A stretch of DNA of 64,000 nucleotides from an uncultured Bacteroides sp. GTDB taxonomy: Bacteria; Bacteroidota; Bacteroidia; Bacteroidales; SM23-62. Location of the stretch: NCBI GenBank assembly GCA_964575235.1, contig CAZNQG010000001.1:5467-69466 (forward strand), written 5' to 3'. Position 1 is the stretch's first letter. The number at the start of each line of letters is the position of its first letter. Of the stretch, positions 30,337-40,646 are shown piece after piece. Under the pieces are notes generated by a model that saw only the letters and a list, made by a program, of their open reading frames with translations, made no database searches and was not told the origin of the DNA. A program made the translations under genes and the position numbers.

Positions 30337-31389
30337 TTGAACGTTTCATTTTACAACGACGGCCGGCAGCGATTATTGCGGCCATCGGGAATAAAATGGT
30401 ATAATCAAAGCAGCATCCTGAAAGGAACAAAGGCCATAACGATCCTGGCATTCCTGATACCGCACATCTGTTTGTGGGGACAGGATCCCTATTTTTCACA
30501 ATTTTTCAACAGCATTCTGTACCTGAACCCTGCCTATGCGGGTGCCGCCCATCAACCCAGGATTTCGGCTGCATACCGGAACCAGATGCCGGCCCTGGGA
30601 TCTCCCTGGGTAACCTATAATGCCTCCTACGACCAGCCGGTGAGGATCCTGCAGGGAGGGATCGGCATCAACATCATGAACGATGCCCAGGGCCCCGCTC
30701 TGAACCGTTTCAGTGCAGATATCCAGTATGCTTATTTCCTTGCGGTAAATCCTACCCTGACCATCCATGCCGGCTTTCAGGCATCCTATGTGCACCGCTT
30801 CCTCAAAAGATCAGCGCTGGTGCTGCCCGAGGAAATTGCGGATGGTACCAACACCGAGAACCTGGGGGACCTGAATAAGGGTTATCCGGATTTTGCGGTT
30901 GGATTTGTAGCCCTGACACGCATAGCCTATGCAGGCATTTCGATGCATCACCTGACGCGGCCCGATCTTTCCATGTCAAAATCGGTACGGCAGCCCCTTC
31001 CGCGGAAACTGACGGTCCACGGCGGGATCTACATTCCCCTGTATGAGCGAAGGCTGGGCAGGGAGGTATTGAAACTCAATCCCTCTCTTGTATATCAGCA
31101 CCAGGCCGGATTCAGGCAGTTGAATTACGGAATGGATGTGATTTTCAAGGATCTTTTCGCAGGAGTCTGGTTTCGCCATAGCCTTGATTTCAGGATAAGT
31201 GCATTCAGCCTGCACCTGGGCTATGATCACGATTACTTCAGGATCGGGTATTCGTACGATTTCAGCCTGTGGAATCCCTGGAGGGATATGCGTAACACGG
31301 GTGCACATGAGCTTACATTACTGTTGAAATTAGAGAAGGGAGAGCGGTCCAGGGAAAGGTTCAGGACAATAAAGAGTCCCAAAATTTAG
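30337..31389 (+). CDS. PorP/SprF family type IX secretion system membrane protein
   Basis: QDPYFSQFFNSILYLNPAYAG is the family N-terminal signature, followed by beta-barrel-like repeats. There is no in-frame ATG before the signal-like segment. The ORF-track start at 30337 is TTG, so the true start is uncertain. Confidence 0.75.
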   Translation: MNVSFYNDGRQRLLRPSGIKWYNQSSILKGTKAITILAFLIPHICLWGQDPYFSQFFNSILYLNPAYAGAAHQPRISAAYRNQMPALGSPWVTYNASYDQPVRILQGGIGINIMNDAQGPALNRFSADIQYAYFLAVNPTLTIHAGFQASYVHRFLKRSALVLPEEIADGTNTENLGDLNKGYPDFAVGFVALTRIAYAGISMHHLTRPDLSMSKSVRQPLPRKLTVHGGIYIPLYERRLGREVLKLNPSLVYQHQAGFRQLNYGMDVIFKDLFAGVWFRHSLDFRISAFSLHLGYDHDYFRIGYSYDFSLWNPWRDMRNTGAHELTLLLKLEKGERSRERFRTIKSPKI

Positions 31390-31432
31390 TTATTTTTGGG
31401 ATGGAGCATGTGTTTTCATTGAAAAATTAAAC

Positions 31433-31440
31433 TATATTTG
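31433..31440 (+). promoter_or_regulatory. Candidate Bacteroidota -7 promoter box (TAnnTTTG) upstream of gldJ
   Basis: Exact TATATTTG lies 33 nt upstream of the gldJ ATG. No well-spaced -33 TTTG was found, hence the low confidence. Confidence 0.3.
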
Positions 31441-31472
31441 AATATTCAGAATAGCTAATAAACCTAACAGCC

Positions 31473-33020
31473 ATGACTAGTAAGGTAAAATTTCTTCCTT
31501 TCTTGCTGACGGTCGTATTGCTTTTTGCGTCCTGCGGGGGGAAAGATATTACGCAGACGGGCAAAGAATCGACCACTACCGGATGGACTTACAACGACCC
31601 GGACTGGGGTGGGTTTGAAGTGGTGCAGGCATACGAACAGGAAACGGGTCCGGGCCTGGTTTTCATCGAGGGCGGCTCGTTTTCAATGGGACGGACCGAA
31701 CAGGATGTTCTGTACGACTGGAACAATATACCGCGCCGGGTAACGCTTACATCGTTTTATATGGATGAAACGGAAGTCAGGAATGTCGATTACCTTGAAT
31801 ATCTGTACTGGATCAGACGCGTATTTTCCGATATGAGGGATGTGTACCGCCGGGCCCTGCCCGATACTCTTGTCTGGCTTGACCCGATGGGATATAACGA
31901 ACCCTATGTGGAATATTACCTGCGCCACCCGGCATACAGCCAGTACCCCGTAGTGGGCGTCAGCCATGTACAGGCCCGGGATTATGCCCTCTGGCGTACG
32001 GACAGGGTCAATGAAAAAGTACTGATCGATGAAGGCATTCTGCTTGTGGATCCGGCAGGGCAGCAGGGCGCCGAACATTTCAATACCGATGCCTACCTGG
32101 CCGGGCAGTACATTGGGCTTGTAGGGGAAAACCTTCCGAGCCTCCGCCCGACCAACCCGGCCGAAGGAGGGGCGGACGGCGCCACGGATCCGAGCGGCGA
32201 AGGCCGGCCGGTCCGTATGGAAGACGGGCTCCTGTTCCCGAAGTACAGGCTCCCGACCGAAGCGGAATGGGAATTTGCCGCGCTGGGCCTGATCGGGAAT
32301 ACATTTGAAGAAAGGCTATGGGAAAGAAGGATATACCCCTGGAACGGTCACAGCGTACGCATGCACCCGGATGAGGTGAGGGCTCATACCGGTGAAATGA
32401 GGGCCAACTTCGTAAGGGGGCGCGGCGACTACATGGGAATGGCAGGCGACCTGAACGACAATGCCGCCATTACGGCACCGGTTTATTCCTTCTGGCCAAA
32501 CGATTACGGGCTTTATTGCATGGCCGGCAACGTGAACGAGTGGGTAGCGGACGTATACCGCCCCTCATCGCTCCAGGATGTCAGCGATTTCAGGCCGTTT
32601 CGTGGTAATGTATTCGAGACCCTTCAGCGTGACGAGACCGGGGCCATTGTACCCAAGGACAGGTACGGCAACCTTCAGAAGCGCGAACTGGATGCATCCG
32701 ATGTCAAGGAATACACGCAGAACTACCGCCAGGCTGATTACCGTGACTTCAAGGACGGGGACCTCAATTCCAGCATTTATTTCCGGGAAGAGGAAACCGA
32801 CAGCGTGAGTGCCGCCTCGAGGGCCATGTATTCCCAGTACCAGCAGGATATAACCTCCCTTGTCAACAACCGCGCAAGGGTGTACAAAGGCGGATCCTGG
32901 AAAGACCGTGCCTACTGGCTCAGCCCCGGAACCCGCAGGTTCCTTGACGAGCAGGCCGCGCGCAACGACCTGGGTTTCCGATGCGCCATGACGAGGGTCG
33001 GAAGTCCCGCTGGAATGTAG
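31473..33020 (+). CDS. gldJ: Gliding motility lipoprotein GldJ (SUMF1/FGE-like fold)
   Basis: Lipobox LLFASCGG. The sequence contains QETGPGLVFIEGGSFSMG, FYMDETEV, LRHPAYSQYPVVGV and WRTDRVNE, and ends with the C-terminal KGGSW..LGFRC. Its context next to porU/porV matches the arrangement known in Flavobacterium. Confidence 0.85.
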   Translation: MTSKVKFLPFLLTVVLLFASCGGKDITQTGKESTTTGWTYNDPDWGGFEVVQAYEQETGPGLVFIEGGSFSMGRTEQDVLYDWNNIPRRVTLTSFYMDETEVRNVDYLEYLYWIRRVFSDMRDVYRRALPDTLVWLDPMGYNEPYVEYYLRHPAYSQYPVVGVSHVQARDYALWRTDRVNEKVLIDEGILLVDPAGQQGAEHFNTDAYLAGQYIGLVGENLPSLRPTNPAEGGADGATDPSGEGRPVRMEDGLLFPKYRLPTEAEWEFAALGLIGNTFEERLWERRIYPWNGHSVRMHPDEVRAHTGEMRANFVRGRGDYMGMAGDLNDNAAITAPVYSFWPNDYGLYCMAGNVNEWVADVYRPSSLQDVSDFRPFRGNVFETLQRDETGAIVPKDRYGNLQKRELDASDVKEYTQNYRQADYRDFKDGDLNSSIYFREEETDSVSAASRAMYSQYQQDITSLVNNRARVYKGGSWKDRAYWLSPGTRRFLDEQAARNDLGFRCAMTRVGSPAGM

Positions 33021-33038
33021 GATCGAAACTAGGACATG

Positions 33039-33076
33039 AAAAAAACCTTCCCGGCAGGATCGGGAAGGTTTTTTTT
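33039..33076 (+). terminator. Rho-independent (bidirectional-looking) terminator
   Basis: CCTTCCCG (33046-33053) pairs with CGGGAAGG (33061-33068) around a 7-nt loop. An A7 run (33039-33045) and a T8 run (33069-33076) flank the stem. Confidence 0.7.
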
Positions 33077-33090
33077 ATCTTTGCACATCC

Positions 33091-34389
33091 ATGGAGACAA
33101 CCTCTTTATACGGTCTGTTTAGCCGTTATCCTCGTGTTGTAACGGATTCCAGGAGCGCTGTAAAGGATTCGATCTTTTTCGGCCTGCGCGGGCAGCGTTT
33201 CAACGGGAACAGGTTTGCACGCGAAGCCCTGAAAAACGGCGCTGCTTACGCCGTGGTGGATGACCCGGAAGTGGTTGATGGAGAGCGTTATATCCTGGTA
33301 AGGGACAGCCTGCTGGCACTGCAGGAGCTTGCCGCATACCACCGCGGCCGACTCGGAATTCCGCTGGTCGCCATCACCGGTTCAAACGGGAAGACGACCA
33401 CGAAAGAAATTGCGGCAGGCATCCTGTCTACCAGCTATAGGGTATCAGCAACCTGCGGGAACCTTAACAACCACATAGGCGTTCCCCTGACGGTTCTGGG
33501 AATGGACCGCAATACCCAGGTCGGCATGGTGGAAATGGGCGCAAACCATTCCGGGGAAATCGCAATGCTTTGCCGGCTGGCGAGGCCGGATCACGGACTG
33601 ATTACCAACATCGGCCGGGCCCACCTGGAAGGATTTGGAAACCTGGAAGGGGTAAAGAGGGCCAAAGGGGAACTTTACGTTTACCTGGAGGAGAACGGGG
33701 GACTCATATTCTGCAATGCGGAGGACCGGACCCTGAAGGAAATGCTGGCGGATTTGCGTACAGGAATACGCTATTATGGCCGGGGAGAAGAAACCCTTTG
33801 CTCCGGGGAGGTTCTCGCCGGGGATCCCTTCCTGAGCGTCCGGCTGGATATTCCCGGAAAGGCTGCCCTGAAGGTTGAAACGGGATTGGTCGGCAATTAC
33901 AACCTGGAAAACATACTCGCCGCAGTGGCGATCGGACTTCATTTCGGGATCGATCCCCGGCAGATTGAGCAAACCCTGCGGGGATGGTCATCCGGGGACA
34001 ACCGTTCCCAGCGCATTGAAACGGACCGAAACGTCCTGGTCATGGATGCCTACAACGCCAATCCTACCAGCATGGAGGCCGCCCTGGAGAGTTTCAACCG
34101 GCAGATCCATCCGCGGAAGGTTCTGATACTCGGGGATATGCTCGAACTGGGGGAAAATACAGGTCCCGCGCACAGCGGCGTTCTGGAATGCATCCGGGGA
34201 ATGGATTGCAGCGAGGTTTTTCTTGTGGGACCGGCTTTTGCATCCGTGCCGGTGCCCGAAGGGATCCGGGTGTTCCAATCCGTGGAGGAACTGGATGGCT
34301 GGCTTGCCCGCCACCCCCTACAGGACAGCCTTGTCCTGCTGAAAGCATCCAGGGGAATGGGACTGGAACGGCTGAAAGACAGGCTTTGA
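33091..34389 (+). CDS. murF: UDP-N-acetylmuramoyl-tripeptide--D-alanyl-D-alanine ligase
   Basis: 432 aa with VAITGSNGKTTTKE (Mur ligase P-loop), EMGANHSGEI and DAYNANPTSM. Confidence 0.9.
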   Translation: METTSLYGLFSRYPRVVTDSRSAVKDSIFFGLRGQRFNGNRFAREALKNGAAYAVVDDPEVVDGERYILVRDSLLALQELAAYHRGRLGIPLVAITGSNGKTTTKEIAAGILSTSYRVSATCGNLNNHIGVPLTVLGMDRNTQVGMVEMGANHSGEIAMLCRLARPDHGLITNIGRAHLEGFGNLEGVKRAKGELYVYLEENGGLIFCNAEDRTLKEMLADLRTGIRYYGRGEETLCSGEVLAGDPFLSVRLDIPGKAALKVETGLVGNYNLENILAAVAIGLHFGIDPRQIEQTLRGWSSGDNRSQRIETDRNVLVMDAYNANPTSMEAALESFNRQIHPRKVLILGDMLELGENTGPAHSGVLECIRGMDCSEVFLVGPAFASVPVPEGIRVFQSVEELDGWLARHPLQDSLVLLKASRGMGLERLKDRL

Positions 34390-34411
34390 GGAAAATTTTA
34401 AGTACGATGAT

Positions 34412-35080
34412 ATGGCTCAGAAAGTAACGGAATACTACGGAAAACTGATGGGGCTGCGCTACAAGTCCCATCCCTGGCACGGACTGGATATCGGCCCGGA
34501 AGCACCGGAGGTCCTGACCTGCTACATTGAAATGGTACCGGTCGATACGGTCAAGTACGAGGTGGACAAGGTCTCTGGCTATCTCAAGATCGACCGACCC
34601 CAGAAGTACAGCAATCAGGTGCCCTGCCTCTATGGTTTCATTCCCCAGACATACAGCGGCGACCTTGTGGGAAGGTTCGGGACAGGAGAGGGGGAAGACA
34701 AGGTCATGGGAGACGGGGATCCCATCGATATCTGCGTTCTCACCGAGAAGGAAATCTCGCACGGGGACATCCTGGTGCGTGCGCGTCCGATCGGAAGTTT
34801 CCGGATGATCGACAACAAGCAGGCGGACGATAAAATCATAGCTGTGCTTCATAACGATGCGGTTTACGGGGAATACAAGGACATCTCGGATGTGCCCCCC
34901 AAGGTGCTGGACCGCCTGAAGCATTATTTCCTAACCTACAAGGACCTTCCCGGGGAGGAGAGGGATTGCTACATCACCACCGTGCGGGGCATAAAGGAGA
35001 CTCAGGAACTGATCAACCTCGCCATAGAAGACTACCATACGAAGTTCGCGGGACTTGAATCCATGCTTTCTACGCTCTGA
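34412..35080 (+). CDS. ppa: Inorganic diphosphatase (family I)
   Basis: VKYEVDKVSGYLKIDR, GDGDPIDICV and DDKIIAV are canonical family I PPase motifs. Confidence 0.9.
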   Translation: MAQKVTEYYGKLMGLRYKSHPWHGLDIGPEAPEVLTCYIEMVPVDTVKYEVDKVSGYLKIDRPQKYSNQVPCLYGFIPQTYSGDLVGRFGTGEGEDKVMGDGDPIDICVLTEKEISHGDILVRARPIGSFRMIDNKQADDKIIAVLHNDAVYGEYKDISDVPPKVLDRLKHYFLTYKDLPGEERDCYITTVRGIKETQELINLAIEDYHTKFAGLESMLSTL

Positions 35081-35100
35081 TCAGGCCGGTACCGGAGGCT

Positions 35101-35538
35101 TCAGGAAAGGAAAATGTCCAGGGTGGAGGGTACGTTGGGCTGCGTGTCCAGGTACTTCGAGAGGGTGGACAGGATGACTTTAGGGTGAACGGGTTTAAGC
35201 AGGAATTCTCCGCAGTTCAACTTTTTCATCAGGTGCTTGTATTCGGGTTGGTTCAGGGCCGAATATACGATGATGGGAAGGTCTTCCCGGTATTTCCGGA
35301 TCAGGCGTGTGGCTTCAACGCCGTTCATGTCCGGCATCCGTATATCCATGATAATCAATTGTATATCCGGATACTCGATACAGGCTGTGAAGGCCTCTGA
35401 GCCATCGTAGGCAGTGTAAATCTTGATACCGGTGGGATTCAGTATCCCGCTGAGAAGGGCGTGAGCCGCAGGATCGTCGTCAGCTATCAGGATACTTCGG
35501 TTTTTCCAGTCCGGCATCAAGGATTGATCGATTTTCAT
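35101..35538 (-). CDS. Stand-alone response regulator receiver (CheY-like)
   Basis: ILIADDDP ... LIIMDIRMPDMNG ... PIIVYSA. No output domain. Confidence 0.8.
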   Translation of the reverse strand: MKIDQSLMPDWKNRSILIADDDPAAHALLSGILNPTGIKIYTAYDGSEAFTACIEYPDIQLIIMDIRMPDMNGVEATRLIRKYREDLPIIVYSALNQPEYKHLMKKLNCGEFLLKPVHPKVILSTLSKYLDTQPNVPSTLDIFLS

Positions 35539-35641
35539 CGAAATTTACTAAAATAAATTCCAACGGACAGGAATCGGCCCATAACTTTTCAACGGCCTCA
35601 CCGGATTATGAACAGCATGGGCACTGTAAAACACGGTATAC

Positions 35642-36664
35642 TTAGAAATCAAGCTCTTCGAAGCGTTTTATCCCTTTGATAAAAAAATTAAAAACGATGC
35701 TTTTTCGGTACATTTCCGGGTGCATGGACAGGGTGCAGAGATCCAGATTCCTTCTGCGAAGCCTGCGTATGGAAGGGATATGCCCGAGCAGGAACAGGTG
35801 CGCTTTTATGACCGCGCTGAAGTTCCTGAATTCCAGTCTTGCCAGGAACTGGACCATGGAGATGTAATCCAGGATAAGTCTCGGGAAGAGCACCCGGAAC
35901 AACCTGTGAAAAGGCAGGTTCTTGTAAAGGAGGATGATGTTGTTCCTGAAATTCAGGTAGGTTTTCTTGTGGTCTTTCTTGGGGAGGGTCCCTCCTCCGA
36001 TGTGAAAGACGGTGGATTCGTGGCAGAACCTTACACGGTACCCCATGCTTTTGATCCTCCAGCACAGATCGATCTCCTCCATGTGGGCAAAGAAAAAGGG
36101 ATCCAGTCCCCCGGCCTCTCTGTACAGGTCCGACCGGATCATCAGGCAGGCTCCGGAGGCCCAGAAAATGTCAATGTCCCGGTCATACTGACCGTGGTCG
36201 TCCTCCAGAACGTTGAATATCCTTCCCCTGCAGAAAGGGTAACCGTATTTGTCAAGGAATCCTCCGGCGGCTCCGGCATGTTCAAATGCCTCCCGGTGGT
36301 GCCATGAGCGGATCTTGGGACCGCAGGCACCCGTCGATGGATCAGCGTCAAGGGTACGGTACATGGGTTCCAGCCAGTTTTCCGTCACCTCGACATCGGA
36401 ATTCATCAGTATGTAATACGGTGCTTCGATTTCCGCCAGCGCACGGTTATAGCCTTCGGCGAATCCGTAATTCCTTTCGAGTTCAAGTACCCGGACCGAG
36501 GGAAAATCCCTGCCCAGAAGCTCCGTAGAGGCATCGGTCGAACCGTTGTCGGCCACCCAGATCTCGGCCAGTTCCGGGTTCGTATACCGGAGCATGGGCG
36601 GGAGGAAACGCTGCAGGAAATCAGCTCCGTTCCAATTCAGTATGACAACGGCAACTTCAGCCAA
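35642..36664 (-). CDS. Glycosyltransferase family 2
   Basis: VAVVILNWNG, ADNGSTD and LMNSDVEV (DxD-like). The start codon is TTG. Confidence 0.85.
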   Translation of the reverse strand: MAEVAVVILNWNGADFLQRFLPPMLRYTNPELAEIWVADNGSTDASTELLGRDFPSVRVLELERNYGFAEGYNRALAEIEAPYYILMNSDVEVTENWLEPMYRTLDADPSTGACGPKIRSWHHREAFEHAGAAGGFLDKYGYPFCRGRIFNVLEDDHGQYDRDIDIFWASGACLMIRSDLYREAGGLDPFFFAHMEEIDLCWRIKSMGYRVRFCHESTVFHIGGGTLPKKDHKKTYLNFRNNIILLYKNLPFHRLFRVLFPRLILDYISMVQFLARLEFRNFSAVIKAHLFLLGHIPSIRRLRRRNLDLCTLSMHPEMYRKSIVFNFFIKGIKRFEELDF

Positions 36665-36722
36665 TCTGAGAACTTTAGGGGCCTAAAATACGACAAATAT
36701 CTGATTCGGGATTATACATACG

Positions 36723-37631
36723 TCATTCGGAACGGCCTGTCTTTTCCCTTTCCGCCAGTTTCTTCGGGGTCAGTTTCCAGCGCCTGTGTGTCCAGAGCCA
36801 GTACTGGGGATGCTCGCGTATGCTTCTTTCCAGGGCGCGGATGAAAAGATCGGTTATTTCATGGGGACCGGTCGCTTCCGGTTTTTCGCAAAGCGGGACC
36901 AGGTCAATGACATAACGGCCCCTTCCGACTTTTCTCATGGAATAGTAAACGACGGGAAGTCCGGTCTTCAACGCAAGCTTTTCGGCACCCATGAACCAGG
37001 GGGTCAACTGATTCATGAAGGGGGACCAGTACTGGATTTCTTCCCAGACGGGGGACTGGTCGCTGATCAGGCCGTAACCGGCCAACCTGCCTTCCTGCTG
37101 GTCCTGCAACACCCTGCGGAGGGTTCCCCTCATGGTAATCAGTTCCACTCCGTGCCTTTCCCTTGCTTTTTTCATAAACCGGTCGAAGTACTTGTTGTGG
37201 AGGGGCTTGTAAACGGCCATTGCCTGCTGCGGTGCACTGTCGCTTATGGCGACGGTCCATTCCCAGTTGTTGTAATGAGCCAGCATTCCGATCAGTCCCA
37301 AGCCCCGGAGGTGGTAATCCAGGAGCAGTTCCGGGTTGCTGTATTGTATCCTGTTGCGGAGTCCCCTGCGCGAGATCGTCCGCATTTTAATCACCTCGAA
37401 CATAATATCCGTGAAATGCCGGTAGAATTTCCTGGCGATGGCCCTTCTTTCCTGTTCGGATTTCTCCGGGAAGGCATTCCTGAGGTTTTCCATTACCACC
37501 CTTTTACGGTAGCCCACTACGTAATAAAGGACGGGGTAAAGCATGTCTGACAGGCCGTATAGTACAGGGAACGGCAGAATGGAAAGGGAAAAAAGGAGCG
37601 GGGCGGTCAGATGGAAAAGGATTGCGTTCAT
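36723..37631 (-). CDS. Lysophospholipid/lipid A biosynthesis acyltransferase (LpxL/HtrB family)
   Basis: 302 aa with an N-terminal TM segment and the LpxL-like pattern (MLAHYNNWEW, PVVYYSMRK). 4-nt overlap with the upstream gene. Confidence 0.8.
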   Translation of the reverse strand: MNAILFHLTAPLLFSLSILPFPVLYGLSDMLYPVLYYVVGYRKRVVMENLRNAFPEKSEQERRAIARKFYRHFTDIMFEVIKMRTISRRGLRNRIQYSNPELLLDYHLRGLGLIGMLAHYNNWEWTVAISDSAPQQAMAVYKPLHNKYFDRFMKKARERHGVELITMRGTLRRVLQDQQEGRLAGYGLISDQSPVWEEIQYWSPFMNQLTPWFMGAEKLALKTGLPVVYYSMRKVGRGRYVIDLVPLCEKPEATGPHEITDLFIRALERSIREHPQYWLWTHRRWKLTPKKLAEREKTGRSE

Positions 37632-38434
37632 GGGCGTTTTATTGTGCCGAACAGATTACGGATCACCTGCTTGAACTCCTCAAATACATTTGCATTGGTT
37701 GCGATTATGGTACCGCCGTGAAGCCAGTTGTTCATTCCGTAAAAATCGCATACCTTTCCCCCGGCCTGTTCCAGAATGAAGGTGCCGGCCGCCACGTCCC
37801 AGGCATTGAGCCCGTATTCGTAAAATGCCTCGAACCGGCCGCAGGCTACGTAGGCAAGGTCGGTTGCCGCTGAACCGAGCCTGCGCAGTCCGTGGGAATT
37901 TTGCATGAAGTAGCGCACCGAATCCATGAAGGGATCCAATCGGTCAAAATAGGTATAGGGAAAGCCGGTTGCGATCAGGGAATCACTGACTCTGGATGTT
38001 TCGGTCACACGGATCTCTTCACCGTCCAGGTAAGCTGCACTTCCCTTCCAGGCATAAAAGAATTCCCGGAATCCCAGCTCGTATACGATGCCCATAACGA
38101 TTTCACCACGGTTTGAAAGGGCTATGCTGATGGCATAAGGGGGTAGCCCGTGGATGAAATTCGTGGTGCCGTCGAGGGGATCGATGATCCACTGCCATTC
38201 CTCGCCGGACTGTCCTGCCGTTCCTTCTTCCGCAATGAATCCTGCTTCCGGCAGGAGTTTACCCAATCCCCCGACAAGCATCTTCTCGGCGCCGGTGTCC
38301 ACGTGGGTGACGTAATTCTGTCTTCCCTTGGCCTCGAAATCCGTAGATGAAAACTTTTTCCGCTCATCCAGGATAAACCCGCCGGTTTCCCTGACAATGT
38401 TGATTGCTTGCCTGCAGAGTTTTTCCAGGTCCAT
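37628..38434 (-). CDS. Inositol monophosphatase family protein
   Basis: WIIDPLDGTTNF, SIAL and WDVAAG motifs. Confidence 0.9.
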   Translation of the reverse strand: MDLEKLCRQAINIVRETGGFILDERKKFSSTDFEAKGRQNYVTHVDTGAEKMLVGGLGKLLPEAGFIAEEGTAGQSGEEWQWIIDPLDGTTNFIHGLPPYAISIALSNRGEIVMGIVYELGFREFFYAWKGSAAYLDGEEIRVTETSRVSDSLIATGFPYTYFDRLDPFMDSVRYFMQNSHGLRRLGSAATDLAYVACGRFEAFYEYGLNAWDVAAGTFILEQAGGKVCDFYGMNNWLHGGTIIATNANVFEEFKQVIRNLFGTIKRP

Positions 38435-38519
38435 GCGATCGATGTTGAAAACGGGTCAAAATTAGACAAAATCCTCCGGACGGAATTGCAAAAGGCTTTA
38501 CGGGCTGTCCGAAGGGCAA

Positions 38520-40571
38520 CTATTTTTTCTGGTAATATCTGTATAGTTCCATCTGGGACTGTACCTTCCTCGCACCGGTTGATACCCTGTACTGGTTGTC
38601 CTGTGTGTCGTTTATGATCCTGGCCTTGACGTTGTCGCGAAGCTGGATCTCGAGAATATCCCTTATCTCCTGCTGGATATCGGGGTCGAAAATGGGAGAG
38701 GCCACTTCGATCCGGTGGTCCAGGTTCCGGATCATCCAGTCCGCCGAAGAAAGATAATACTTCTCGTCCCCCCCGTTGCAGAAAACGAAGATCCGTGCAT
38801 GCTCAAGGTACTTGTCCACGATGCTGATTACCTCGATGTTTTCGCTGAGTCCCGGAACCCCCGCTGTCAGGGAACAGGTGCCCCGGATGATGGCACGGAT
38901 CTGCACCCCGGCTGCATTCGCCTGGTATAATTTCTTGATGATGTCCCTGTCCACCAGGCTGTTGATTTTCATCAGGATATAAGCCTTTTTACCGGCTTTT
39001 GCATTCTTGATTTCTTTGTCGATCAGATTATAGAATCGGTTTCGCATATACAGGGGGGAGACCAGCAGGTGTTTGTATTTGAAGGATTTGTATGTGGCTT
39101 CAAAGAAGTTGAAGACCTTTTCCACCTCTTCGGTGATCCTCGGGTCGTGCGTCAGCAGGGTCAGGTCCCCGTACAGGGCCGCCGTGCCTTCGTGGAAATT
39201 CCCGGTTCCGACGCTGGCATACCGTGTGGTTTTCTTGCCTTCCCTCCGGGTGATCAGTCCCAGTTTGGCGTGCACCTTGAGTCCGGGCAGGCCGAAAAGG
39301 ACCCGGGCTCCCGCCTCTTCCAGCATCCGTGCATAGTGAATGTTTGTTTTTTCGTCGAAACGTGCCTGAAGTTCAATAACTACAGTGACTTTCTTGCCGT
39401 TCATGGCGGCGGATACCAGGGCATTGATCACCCTTGAATTCTCGGCAACACGGTAAAGGGTCATACTGACGGACTTTACATCCGGGTCAATGGCGGCCTC
39501 CCTGAGCAGGTTGATGTAGTGGTCGAATTTCTGGAAGGGGAAATGCAGGAGCAGGTCCCGGTTCTTGATTATCTCGAGTATGCTCCGGTGAGGCTGGATC
39601 AGTGGATGCGGCACGGCAGGCGTCGGTATGTAAACCATTTCAGGTCCCCCGAGGTTCGGAAACTTCATGTAATCCTTGAAGTTGTGGTACCGGCCCCCGG
39701 GGATCAGGTTGTCCTCCTCGTCCAGCTGGAGCTTGTCCTTCATGTAATCCAGCAGATCTTCGGGCATGGAACTGTCGTATACGAAGCGCACGGGCTGTCC
39801 GGTTTTCCGGTCCGACACGCTGCTGTCGATGATCTCCAGGAAACTTTTGGTCAGGTCGTTGTCGATATCGAGCTCCGCATCCCTGGTAAGTTTGATGGTG
39901 TATGCTTCAAACTGGTCGTACTGGAAGATCCCGAAGATATCGTCCAGGCAGAACCGGATCACGTTGTCCAGCAGAATGATATATTGTTTTTTCCCGGAAG
40001 GCGGCAGGACAACAAAACGGCCGATCTCATCGCTCGGTATCTCGATCAGTGCATATTCAGGGGCGATGCCGTCGCCCGAACTGGTAAGTTTGATTGCAAG
40101 GTAAATGGATTTATCCCGGAGCTGCGGAAATTCCTTTACATTGTGCAGCATAACCGGGGTGATGACCGAAAGAACCTCGTCCTGGAAGAACTTCCGTACG
40201 TATTTGGCCTGTTCTTCGTTCAGGTGATCTTCACGGATGATGTGGATGTCCTTTTCAGCCAGCTCAGTAATCAGGTCCTGATAGGTCTGCTCAAAGCGCT
40301 GCTGCAGCAGGATCACCTTTTGCTGGATTCCGTTGAGTATCTTTTTGGGCTTTTCCTTGTTCTTGACACCGGTGGATTCTTCCACGTCGATCATGCGCTT
40401 GATGGTGGCCACCCGAACCTTGAAGAATTCATCCAGGTTGTTGGAGAAAATGCCCAGGAAGCGAAAGCGTTCAACCAGGGGAACGTTGGGGTCGATGGCC
40501 TCCTGCAGCACCCTTTCGTTAAAGGCCAGCCAGCTCAGTTCCCGGTTGATGATCTTTTTCTTTACCGCCAT
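38520..40571 (-). CDS. ppk: Polyphosphate kinase 1
   Basis: 683 aa with INRELSWLAFNERVLQEA, FLGIFSNNLDEFF and two PLD-like HKL regions (VHAKL...). Confidence 0.95.
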   Translation of the reverse strand: MAVKKKIINRELSWLAFNERVLQEAIDPNVPLVERFRFLGIFSNNLDEFFKVRVATIKRMIDVEESTGVKNKEKPKKILNGIQQKVILLQQRFEQTYQDLITELAEKDIHIIREDHLNEEQAKYVRKFFQDEVLSVITPVMLHNVKEFPQLRDKSIYLAIKLTSSGDGIAPEYALIEIPSDEIGRFVVLPPSGKKQYIILLDNVIRFCLDDIFGIFQYDQFEAYTIKLTRDAELDIDNDLTKSFLEIIDSSVSDRKTGQPVRFVYDSSMPEDLLDYMKDKLQLDEEDNLIPGGRYHNFKDYMKFPNLGGPEMVYIPTPAVPHPLIQPHRSILEIIKNRDLLLHFPFQKFDHYINLLREAAIDPDVKSVSMTLYRVAENSRVINALVSAAMNGKKVTVVIELQARFDEKTNIHYARMLEEAGARVLFGLPGLKVHAKLGLITRREGKKTTRYASVGTGNFHEGTAALYGDLTLLTHDPRITEEVEKVFNFFEATYKSFKYKHLLVSPLYMRNRFYNLIDKEIKNAKAGKKAYILMKINSLVDRDIIKKLYQANAAGVQIRAIIRGTCSLTAGVPGLSENIEVISIVDKYLEHARIFVFCNGGDEKYYLSSADWMIRNLDHRIEVASPIFDPDIQQEIRDILEIQLRDNVKARIINDTQDNQYRVSTGARKVQSQMELYRYYQKK

Positions 40572-40646
40572 GGTTTTCCTCTGATAACCCGGTTGTTGGT
40601 TTTTAAGGGATGGTAAAGGTAATAAAAAAAACCCTTGAGTCTTTTA

